Of a stretch of DNA of 59,606 nt, positions 1 through 7,756 are shown in pieces; the first letter of the stretch is position 1; every line of letters begins with the position of its first letter. The notes under the pieces are model-generated. The model made no database searches. It was not told the DNA's origin and was given only the letters and a program-made list of their open reading frames with translations. The position numbers and the translations under genes are program-made. Source of the stretch: Alphaproteobacteria bacterium (GTDB lineage Bacteria; Pseudomonadota; Alphaproteobacteria; Rickettsiales; UBA8987); assembly GCA_030429725.1 (NCBI GenBank), contig JAUIEX010000004.1, positions 1 through 59,606 of the forward strand. Direction: 5' to 3'.

Positions 1-2931
1 CTCACCCTGCGCGGCCTGAACGTCATCGCGGAAACTGCAAAAAACGATGATGAACCCTTCACCGAATCCCAGCTTGAAAAATATGGGCTGGTGAACTTAC
101 GCATCATCCAGTGGTTGAAGGTGACCGGCAAGCTGATCAAGCAGGAAGAATATAAGCACTCCTACCCCCATTGCTGGCGGACGGATACGCCGATTATCTA
201 TAAGGCGATGAGCAGCTGGTATGTGGCGGTGACGGAGATTAAAGACCGCATGGTGGAACTGAACCAGAATATCAACTGGATCCCGAACCATATTAAAGAC
301 GGGCAATTTGGCAAATGGCTGGAAAATGCCCGCGATTGGAGCATTTCGCGCAACCGCTTCTGGGGCTGCCCGATTCCCGTCTGGCGCACCGAATCCGGCA
401 AGGTGAAGGTGTTTGGCTCTATCAAAGAAATCTGTGATTTCTTTGATGTTGATAAAGAAAATAGCTCCCCCCTTGAGGGGGAGCAGACGAAGCAAGCTGC
501 GCAAGTAGCGAAGCAGAGTCGTGGGGGGGTGTCCGAGGAACAGATTGCCCCCCCACCGAGTCGCTCCGCTCCTCGACTCCCCCTCCAGGGGGGAGTTAGT
601 GAAGCGCGGTCAGGAGACCGCGCCAGCCCTGAGCATGCGGAAGCATCGCTCTATGAGAAAGACAGAAGTCTTTCTCGGGAGCAATCAAAAAAAGACATCC
701 TCCACAAACCCTTCATCGACTCGCTAACAAAAGTTGACCCGGAAACCGGGGAAACCTGGACACGCGTTTCCGATGTGTTTGATTGCTGGTTTGAATCCGG
801 CTCCATGCCTTTTGCGCAAATTCACTACCCGTTTTGTTTATCTAGCTCCCCCCTGGAGGGGGAGTCTGAATTTTCATCTGAGAATTCAGGTGGGGGTCAA
901 ATTTTTACGGAGAGTACCCCCCCCACCGAGTCGTCCGCTTTCGCTTCGCTACAGCGCGACTCCTCGACTCCCCCGCATTTTGATAGCGCCACGCACATGC
1001 GTGCTTCGGCGCATCAAGGGGGGAGTTATCCCCTTCCTCCCAACTTCCCGGCGGATTTCATTGTGGAATATGTGGGGCAAACACGCGGCTGGTTCTATAC
1101 GCTGATGGTGCTTTCCACCGCTTTGTTTGACCGTGAACCGTTCAAAAACTGCATCTGCCACGGCATCATTCTGGCCGAAGACGGCAAGAAGCTCTCCAAG
1201 AAGCTGAAAAACTACCCCGACCCGAACGAAATGTTCGACGCCTACGGCGCGGATGCCATGCGCTGGCGGATGATTAAAGAGCCGATCATGCAGGGCGGAA
1301 ATTTGCAGATCTCCAAGGACGGCAGCTGCATTCGTGATGTGGTGCGCCTTTCCATCAAGCCGATCTGGAATGCCTATCATTTCTTCAGCCTCTATGCCAA
1401 TGCGGACGGGGTGAAGGCCTATAATCTGCTGGAGATTGCCGAGGCGGAGGATGAGGACAGCGCCACGGGCGGCATCTGCTGTGGCGGGGCGCACGGTGCG
1501 GGTGAGCATCCGCTTTCTGATAATCTGCTGGATCGTTACATTCTGGCCAAGCTGGCAGGCGCGGTTCGCCAGATTAGCAAAGCGCTGGATGCTTATGATA
1601 CACCCACTGCCTGCAAGGCCGTCGATAGCTTCTTCGAGGTGCTGAATAACTGGTATATCCGCCGCTCCAGAGAGAGATTTTGGCGGAGCAATGTTGAATT
1701 GTCTCCGGGAAGTTCTACTGAACTTCCCATGAGACGGGGCTCAGGGCTGAGCTCGCCTACTGGCTCGCAGCTTAACTCTCAAAGTTCTGTCGGGGAGGCC
1801 AGCAGGCCGACCGAGCCGTCAGCGCGCGCAAGCGCCGCTCCATGTGATGTTCAGGAAGAACATCACGGGAGCATCGAAAAAGACCCCGACAAACAAGCCG
1901 CGTATGATACGCTCTATACCTGCCTGATTACCATGACAAAAGCCGCTTCGCCCTTGCTGCCATTTACGATGGAGGCGGTGTATCGGGGATTAACAGTGAG
2001 CAGTGAGCAGTTAGCAGAATCGTCATCGCGAGCGAGCGAAGCAAGCGACGCGATCTCTGGATTGCCACGTCGCAACGATGTTGCTCCTCGCAATGACGGA
2101 GAAAAACAGCATACTGCAAACTGCACGCTGCAAACCTCCTTCTCCGTTCACCTCCAGCCTTTCCCGGATGTTTCCGGCGTTTCGGCAGAAACGGAGCTGG
2201 TGCGCGCAATGGATATGGTGCAGGAGGTGTGCACGGCGGCGCTTGCCGTGCGTGACCGGGAGAATATCCGCATTCGCCAGCCGCTCTCCAACGTGATGGT
2301 GGTGGGAAAGGATACCAACCAATTAGGTCAGTTTGATGATTTGATCCGTGATGAGCTGAACGTGAAAGGGCTGGTACTTTCCCAAAGTCTGGATGAGATC
2401 GCCGATCTGCAACTGAAGCTGGATTTCAAACTGCTTGGTAAGCGGCTGGGCGGGGCAATGAAGAATGTGGCGGCTGCCGCCAAGCAGGGCAACTGGCAGA
2501 AACAGGAAGATGGCTCCGTGATGGTGGAAAATGAAGTGCTGCACGCCGATGAATTTGACCTGACACTGGCCATTAAAGACGGGGTGCTGCAGGATTATCA
2601 AAAGGCGGAGGCGCTGCCTTCCAACGGCGCGATTGTGGTGCTGGATACGCGCATTTCCGAGATGCTGCTGAAAGAAGGCATCGCACGTGATGTGGTGCGC
2701 ATGATCCAGCAGGCGCGGAAAGATGCCGATCTGCAGGTAACGGATCGCATCCGCCTTTCCGTGCAGGCGCCGGATGAGGTGAAGGCTGCCATTGAGGCAA
2801 ATCTGGATTATGTTAAAGCGCAGGTGCTGGCGGCCGATCTTGCCTTCACCTCCGCCAATGACCAGCCGCACACCGTGACCCAAAAACTGGGCGAAGCGGA
2901 GGTGACATTGGCCTTTGCGGCGGTGGCGTAA
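1..2931 (+). CDS. ileS: Isoleucine--tRNA ligase, type 2 (5'-partial), with four in-frame repeat insertions
   Basis: Frame open from base 1. Motifs HSYPHCWR, DWSISRNRFWGCPIP, DVFDCWFESG, GQTRGWFY, KLSKK (KMSKS equivalent) and a type-2 C-terminal domain. Non-IleRS segments at about 463-690, 844-1027, 1690-1875 and 1994-2135. Confidence 0.96.
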   Translation, partial: LTLRGLNVIAETAKNDDEPFTESQLEKYGLVNLRIIQWLKVTGKLIKQEEYKHSYPHCWRTDTPIIYKAMSSWYVAVTEIKDRMVELNQNINWIPNHIKDGQFGKWLENARDWSISRNRFWGCPIPVWRTESGKVKVFGSIKEICDFFDVDKENSSPLEGEQTKQAAQVAKQSRGGVSEEQIAPPPSRSAPRLPLQGGVSEARSGDRASPEHAEASLYEKDRSLSREQSKKDILHKPFIDSLTKVDPETGETWTRVSDVFDCWFESGSMPFAQIHYPFCLSSSPLEGESEFSSENSGGGQIFTESTPPTESSAFASLQRDSSTPPHFDSATHMRASAHQGGSYPLPPNFPADFIVEYVGQTRGWFYTLMVLSTALFDREPFKNCICHGIILAEDGKKLSKKLKNYPDPNEMFDAYGADAMRWRMIKEPIMQGGNLQISKDGSCIRDVVRLSIKPIWNAYHFFSLYANADGVKAYNLLEIAEAEDEDSATGGICCGGAHGAGEHPLSDNLLDRYILAKLAGAVRQISKALDAYDTPTACKAVDSFFEVLNNWYIRRSRERFWRSNVELSPGSSTELPMRRGSGLSSPTGSQLNSQSSVGEASRPTEPSARASAAPCDVQEEHHGSIEKDPDKQAAYDTLYTCLITMTKAASPLLPFTMEAVYRGLTVSSEQLAESSSRASEASDAISGLPRRNDVAPRNDGEKQHTANCTLQTSFSVHLQPFPDVSGVSAETELVRAMDMVQEVCTAALAVRDRENIRIRQPLSNVMVVGKDTNQLGQFDDLIRDELNVKGLVLSQSLDEIADLQLKLDFKLLGKRLGGAMKNVAAAAKQGNWQKQEDGSVMVENEVLHADEFDLTLAIKDGVLQDYQKAEALPSNGAIVVLDTRISEMLLKEGIARDVVRMIQQARKDADLQVTDRIRLSVQAPDEVKAAIEANLDYVKAQVLAADLAFTSANDQPHTVTQKLGEAEVTLAFAAVA
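463..597. repeat. Family A palindromic element, complete copy, in ileS
   Basis: AGCTCCCCCCTTGAGGGGGAGC...G-run...C-run...GACTCCCCCTCCAGGGGGGAGTT; closely similar to 49501-49647. Confidence 0.93.
601..682 (-). repeat. Family B three-hairpin element in ileS
   Basis: Hairpins GCGCGGTC/GACCGCGC, GAGCATGC/GCAT(C)GCTC and GAGAAAGAC/GTCTTTCTC. 623-682 matches the reverse complement of 50101-50160 at 54/60 nt. Confidence 0.92.
844..1027. repeat. Family A element in ileS with a 39-nt insert nested in its right terminal hairpin
   Basis: AGCTCCCCCCTGGAGGGGGAGTC...CCCCCCCCACCGAGTCG...GACTCCCCC[975-1013]TCAAGGGGGGAGTT. Confidence 0.9.
1706..1768 (+). repeat. Family B element (middle hairpin missing) in ileS
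   Basis: GGGAAGTTC-TACT-GAACTTCCC-ATGAGACG...GCTCAGGGCTGAGCTCGCCTACTGGCTCGC; similar to 50686-50757. Confidence 0.88.
1794..1869 (-). repeat. Family B element in ileS, inverted relative to 1706-1768
   Basis: 72/76 nt identical to the reverse complement of 50594-50669; encodes [25 protein letters not shown] in both genes. Confidence 0.95.
1994..2134. repeat. Heptamer-repeat arms enclosing a GTCAT(C/T)GCGAG...CTCGCAATGAC palindromic element (2021-2098) in ileS
   Basis: CAGTGAG CAGTGAG CAGTTAG on the left and CTGCAAA CTGCACG CTGCAAA on the right. Internal terminal inverted repeat CGTCATCGCGAG / CTCGCAATGACG matches at 11/12. Confidence 0.85.
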
Positions 2932-2940
2932 AAACCGCTT

Positions 2941-3924
2941 TTACCGCTCCCAGCCGCGGTTATCTTTGTTGAGGTTTTGATTCTTTTCAAGTTCGGAAAT
3001 GCTTTCAAGCGTTTTGTCCACAACCTTGTATGTACTAATAGGGTTAAGTGTAGTCTTCAAAGCAATGGCCGTTTCGGCGGGCACTGAAAACTGCTGCATG
3101 CCATAGGAAAAATCCAGTGTTTTACTATAGTCCTCATTACTGAGAGCGAAGAACACCTGATGAAAGAATTTATCGGCATAAAATGGTGCCAGATCCGGGC
3201 GTTCTTTTAACCAGGCTTGCATGCCCGGATCTTCTTTAAGTCTTTGTTTATCTTGTTGGGCAAACTCTTCTTTAGGAGTCACGCCACCATGTATGCCAAT
3301 CACATGAAACTGATCTTTAAGAGCCTCAAAAACACCCTTTGAATGAAAACGACCACATGTAAAAGTAGCGTTATTTCCACCTTCGGCAATGGTTTCCGCC
3401 ATCTTCTTATCTCGCAAAGAAAGATTTGTCGTATATTTTGCAAAATTCTCTCCATCATCCAGATTCACGTCTGCGGAGTGAAGACTGGCATCTTCACTTA
3501 CAGTGGGAATGTGAGAAAGAATAAACTGGCTATTATCAAACGTTCTTCCCGGAACAAGTAATTGATCTGGTGCACAGTTTCTAATATATTTAAATTGTGC
3601 ATCTGAAAGGCTTTGTGACGAATTGATGTTATTATTGCCCGTTTCAAAATAAAGATTGTTAATGCCATGCAGTTCCGCATCCCGCATCACGATATAGCTC
3701 ATCAGCCCGGCCGTGCGATCATCATGAAGTTCGTCCACCAGAATCAGGATGGGTTTATCTGGATCATCCGCCTTGGCTTTGGCCACTTCTTTGGTGAGGT
3801 AGAGATGAATATCGCGGGTTAGTTGTTCAATTGCTTCTTCATGCCCTGACTCGGCAAGTGTTTGTTCAAATTCCCGCGATATTGTTTCCAAATCTTTAAC
3901 AAGATGCTCTTCTAATTCCGGCAT
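2941..3924 (-). CDS. Hypothetical protein, AT-rich orphan with an effector-like C-terminal tail
   Basis: Long ORF. ATG 3924 preferred over 3957 because it has a GGAGAG RBS and the -10 overlaps 3957. Ends ...NLNKDNRGWER. Confidence 0.75.
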   Translation of the reverse strand: MPELEEHLVKDLETISREFEQTLAESGHEEAIEQLTRDIHLYLTKEVAKAKADDPDKPILILVDELHDDRTAGLMSYIVMRDAELHGINNLYFETGNNNINSSQSLSDAQFKYIRNCAPDQLLVPGRTFDNSQFILSHIPTVSEDASLHSADVNLDDGENFAKYTTNLSLRDKKMAETIAEGGNNATFTCGRFHSKGVFEALKDQFHVIGIHGGVTPKEEFAQQDKQRLKEDPGMQAWLKERPDLAPFYADKFFHQVFFALSNEDYSKTLDFSYGMQQFSVPAETAIALKTTLNPISTYKVVDKTLESISELEKNQNLNKDNRGWER

Positions 3925-3955
3925 TTTTCTCTCCAATAATCTTTTCTCTGCCCGC

Positions 3956-3987
3956 ATCCTAGCAACAAGAGTTTAATATTTTATTAA
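3956..3987 (-). promoter_or_regulatory. CtrA-type box plus -10
   Basis: TTAA-TAAAATA-TTAA, 11 nt, TAGGAT on the minus strand. Confidence 0.75.
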
Positions 3988-4000
3988 AACGCTGATAGGA

Positions 4001-4035
4001 CTTCCCTCTTCCCTCTTCCCTCTTCCCTCTTCCCT
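4001..4035. repeat. (CTTCCCT)5 heptamer tandem repeat
   Basis: Five perfect copies in the divergent intergenic region. Confidence 0.95.
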
Positions 4036-4058
4036 CATTTCTCTTTACTCTCCGGCCT

Positions 4059-4841
4059 ATGATCCGCCATCGCCATTTGCTCTATCAATCCCTTAAGCGG
4101 GAGATTCAGGCGCGCTATCGCGGTTCGGTGCTGGGCATTCTCTGGTCACTGGCAACACCGCTGCTGATGCTCACACTCTATACCTTCGTGTTTGCCATTG
4201 TGCTGAAGGCGCGCTGGGGCGTGGAATCGGTCGATAGCCACACGGGCGGGTTCGCCATTATGCTGTTTTCCGGGCTGATGCTGCATCAGTGCCTGTCGGA
4301 AATCCTCACCCGCAGCCCAACCCTCATCCTCAGCCACGCGCATTATGTCAAGAAGGTGGTCTATCCGCTGGAAATTCTCAGCCCGCAGATTGTGGGTGCG
4401 GCGTTCTTTCAGCTCTTCATCAGCCTGATTGTGTTGCTGGCCGGGCTGTGGGTAACGCAGGGTTCCATCCCGGTAACAACGCTCTGGCTGCCGGTGATCC
4501 TTCTGCCCTTCCTGCTGTTATGCCTTGGCCTAAGCTGGCTGCTGGCAGCGATGGGCACCTATCTGCGGGATACGGCACATCTCACCACCATGCTTTCGCC
4601 GGTGCTGCTATTCTTTAGCACCATTTTCTACCCGGCAGAGCGGCTTCCTGAGGCCATCCGCCCGCTTATCTACCTTAACCCCCTCACCCCGATGACGGAA
4701 CTCACCCGCGATATCCTTATCCTTGGCAACCCGCCATCCCTCCCCATGCTGACAATCTTTACCATCGCCAGCCTTGCCACCGGCATGCTGGGCTGGCTCT
4801 CCTTTAAAACCCTCAAAAATGGTTTTGCGGATATTTGTTAA
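4059..4841 (+). CDS. wzm: ABC-2 polysaccharide/O-antigen export permease (Wzm/RfbA-like)
   Basis: RYRGSVLGILW, KKVVYPLE and YLNPL motifs; multiple TM segments. Confidence 0.88.
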   Translation: MIRHRHLLYQSLKREIQARYRGSVLGILWSLATPLLMLTLYTFVFAIVLKARWGVESVDSHTGGFAIMLFSGLMLHQCLSEILTRSPTLILSHAHYVKKVVYPLEILSPQIVGAAFFQLFISLIVLLAGLWVTQGSIPVTTLWLPVILLPFLLLCLGLSWLLAAMGTYLRDTAHLTTMLSPVLLFFSTIFYPAERLPEAIRPLIYLNPLTPMTELTRDILILGNPPSLPMLTIFTIASLATGMLGWLSFKTLKNGFADIC

Positions 4842-5049
4842 CAACCTCTCAATAATCCGCTGCAGGCTGTGCTGTTTTCGCCACATCCCAGCGGGATGCC
4901 GACTACTGAGACTTTAAATAAAAAGAGTGGACGAAAAAGGGTTGCAATCTGTAAAGAAAGATGGTTGAACACTCTTCAGATATGTAGCAGGAGGTGTCAG
5001 TCTGCCTGCGCATAAGTTGATAACGATAACAACAATAAGGGGTTAGATA

Positions 5050-7608
5050 ATGACTGATTATATTTTTTCACAGGTAGTAGGGACGACAATTACTGCGTTC
5101 GATCCTGCTAACGATACACTTACTTTTGACGTGGTGAATAACACCGTCATCGCAGCCGATACATTGACGCTGACTGACAGTGGTTCCGATCTTGTCATCA
5201 CAACACCTCAGGGTTCCGTAACGCTGGGCGGCACGGAAAAGCTTGCTTTAACAACCACAAACCTGACTTTCATCGGTGGCACGACTTACACCATCGGCGA
5301 TGGCACAACGAACACTCAACTGGATGGTGCCGGTCAGGATTATACCGGCGGTAGTGCGCTGGGCGCTTTGGCAGATTATGCCGAAGGTCTGGGCGGTAAC
5401 GACTCCATCGATGGTGGTGCCGGTAACGATACGCTGAAAGGTCTGGGCGATAATGACTCTCTGGGTGGCGATGCTGGAAATGACTTCCTTAACGGTAATG
5501 CCGGTAACGACGTTGTAGACGGTGATGCCGGTAACGATACCGTTCGCGGTGGTGCCGGTAACGATACCGTTGACGGTGACGTTGCAGGTGGTGCTTTCAC
5601 TGACGATGGTGACGATCAGGTCTGGGGCGGTCAGGGCAATGACGTTCTGGCAACCGGTGGCGGTACGGACGAAGTTCGTGGCGGTGCCGGTAATGATACC
5701 GTTGTGCTTGCTTTCGCAGTGAATGAAGGTGCCGGTGCAGCTTCAGGCGCGAAAGACATTCAAACCGGTGAAGGCGACGACGTTGTTCTGCTGACGGACG
5801 GTGTGGCGGCGGATACCGCTTCCGTACTGCTGGGTGCAGGCGCTGATACGCTGGATGGTTCCGATGCAACCACAGCCTCTAACGCTCTGGTAACACAAGA
5901 AGGTGACGCGGATGATGATTACATCGGTGTGATCACGGCCAACGGTAATGCCGGTAACGACAGTCTGATTGGTGGTAACGGCGATGACGTTCTTCGCGGC
6001 GGTGCTGATAATGATGTTGTTAACGGTCACAGCGGTGCTGATACGCTTTCCGGTGACCTTGGTGACGATACGATCTTCCTGAGTGGTAATGGCGTTGCTG
6101 ATACGGCTGACTCCGTTGATGGTGGTGACGGTGATGATATCATCGCATTCCAAACGGCTGTTGACGGCGTTGGTGCAACGGCACAGGGTGACGACATCAT
6201 CAATGGTGGTGCGGGTAACGATACTATCTTCCTGACGGACGGTGATGCTGGTGATGATATCAGCGGTAGCGGTGGCGACGGTGACGACGTTATCGACGGT
6301 GGTGATGTTGAAACCACAACCAACACAGCTATTACCGGTGAAGGTGGCGCGGATGATATCTTCGCAGGTACCATGAACTTTAACGGTAATGCCGGTAACG
6401 ATACCGTTCGCGGTGGTGCTGGTGCGGATACACTGCGCGGCGGTGCGGATGATGATACCGTATCCGGTGGCGCAGGTGCTGACCGTCTGTTCGGTGATGC
6501 CGGTGACGATGATGTGACTGGTGCCGGTGGTGCCGACTCCATCGAAGGTGGTGCCGGTGACGACACGCTGAACGAAACCGGTGCGGGTGATAACGATACC
6601 GTGCTTGGTGGTGCCGGTAATGACAGCATCACGGCAGACGCTGCCGGTGTTGACAGCATCATCGGTGGTGAAGGTAACGATATCTTCGTACTGACCGGTG
6701 TGTTCGGTGATACGGACGTTCTGGACGGTGGTCTGGGTACGGATACGCTGGATTATGATGGCGTTGACGGTGCTCTGGGTACTGCCCTGACAACTGGCTT
6801 CGAGGTCATTGACCTTGGTGCGATCACCGGTGCGGGTACATTCACTGTGACCGACGATATGATCGTTACGGCTGAAAACCGCGCGATCACCATTCAAGGT
6901 GGTACAACCGACTTCGATCTGGATGTGTCTCAGGCTTCTGCACTGAACAGCACAACCGTAACACTAAGCACAACTGCTCGTGTCGACCTGCAAACCGACG
7001 CTTCTGCTGTAACAATTGCTGATGGTGTGAACGGTAGCGTTGTTGGTACGGCTGCTGCCGATACGATGATCGGCGGTACCGGTACGGACACCTTTGTTGG
7101 TGGCGACGGTGCTGACAGTCTGGTTGGTAATGCTGGCGCAGACACACTGACAGGTGGTCTGGGTGCGGATACCCTCTCAGGTGGTACGGGCGCTGATACG
7201 TTTGACTATCAAACTGTTGACACATCAACTGCTGCAACGATGGATAGCATTACCGACTTTGCTGCCGGTAGCGATATCATCGACTTTGATACGGCTGGCA
7301 ACGATACCGGTGATGACACCGCCATTGTTGCTGCGCTGGCGGATCAGTTTACTGCCGGTGGTTTCGCAACGGGTAACCTGGCAACATTGATTGCTGCGGA
7401 AGCTACTTTGGCTCTGGCGATTGCAGAGTTCCTGGCAGCAACCGGTTGGGATGACGATGATGTGGGTGCCTTCGAATATGGTGGCAATACCTACGTTGTT
7501 CACGCTGATGCGGATAACGCAGCAGGTAATATCGTTGAGCTGGCAGGCGTGACCGGTCTAACGACCATCACCGAAGTTGGTACAACTGACTCCTTCACCA
7601 TCGCATAA
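5050..7608 (+). CDS. RTX (hemolysin-type Ca-binding repeat) protein, possible S-layer protein
   Basis: Dozens of GGxGxDxL nonapeptides; acidic, Gly/Asp/Thr/Ala-rich; no signal peptide; strong GGT/AAC codon bias. Confidence 0.9.
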   Translation: MTDYIFSQVVGTTITAFDPANDTLTFDVVNNTVIAADTLTLTDSGSDLVITTPQGSVTLGGTEKLALTTTNLTFIGGTTYTIGDGTTNTQLDGAGQDYTGGSALGALADYAEGLGGNDSIDGGAGNDTLKGLGDNDSLGGDAGNDFLNGNAGNDVVDGDAGNDTVRGGAGNDTVDGDVAGGAFTDDGDDQVWGGQGNDVLATGGGTDEVRGGAGNDTVVLAFAVNEGAGAASGAKDIQTGEGDDVVLLTDGVAADTASVLLGAGADTLDGSDATTASNALVTQEGDADDDYIGVITANGNAGNDSLIGGNGDDVLRGGADNDVVNGHSGADTLSGDLGDDTIFLSGNGVADTADSVDGGDGDDIIAFQTAVDGVGATAQGDDIINGGAGNDTIFLTDGDAGDDISGSGGDGDDVIDGGDVETTTNTAITGEGGADDIFAGTMNFNGNAGNDTVRGGAGADTLRGGADDDTVSGGAGADRLFGDAGDDDVTGAGGADSIEGGAGDDTLNETGAGDNDTVLGGAGNDSITADAAGVDSIIGGEGNDIFVLTGVFGDTDVLDGGLGTDTLDYDGVDGALGTALTTGFEVIDLGAITGAGTFTVTDDMIVTAENRAITIQGGTTDFDLDVSQASALNSTTVTLSTTARVDLQTDASAVTIADGVNGSVVGTAAADTMIGGTGTDTFVGGDGADSLVGNAGADTLTGGLGADTLSGGTGADTFDYQTVDTSTAATMDSITDFAAGSDIIDFDTAGNDTGDDTAIVAALADQFTAGGFATGNLATLIAAEATLALAIAEFLAATGWDDDDVGAFEYGGNTYVVHADADNAAGNIVELAGVTGLTTITEVGTTDSFTIA

Positions 7609-7632
7609 TTGCGGTAGTGCACTAACCCCTTG

Positions 7633-7660
7633 GAAAGGCCGGGCTTTGCCCGGCCTTTCT
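7633..7660 (+). terminator. Intrinsic terminator after the RTX gene
   Basis: GAAAGGCCGGGC-TTT-GCCCGGCCTTTC. Confidence 0.85.
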
Positions 7661-7756
7661 GCGTTTTAGGCCACGTTTTTTGCCAATATTCACCGCAGAA
7701 AACCCGCCGGAATCTTTGCCCTTCCTTATTTCAGTTCATAGACATAGAATTCCTCT

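Noticed and set aside
601-682. Family B as a tRNA or tRNA mimic (tRNA-sized, three hairpins, inside aaRS genes)
   Set aside because: No acceptor stem, T-loop, 7-nt anticodon loop or CCA, and it occurs in both orientations relative to the mRNA.
463-2134. Insertions as inteins or self-splicing introns
   Set aside because: Far too short; no intein C/S...HN motifs or group I/II cores; they are composed of dispersed DNA repeats. RNA-level removal is untested but has no sequence support.
5743-6897. Long antisense ORFs (also 25584-26474, 29105-29959, 53130-53951)
   Set aside because: Shadows of codon-biased genes on the opposite strand with no recognisable motifs.
5380-7200. CRISPR-like periodic repeats (GGTGCCGGTAACGATAC)
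   Set aside because: These are coding RTX nonapeptide repeats; no constant repeat-spacer structure and no cas genes.
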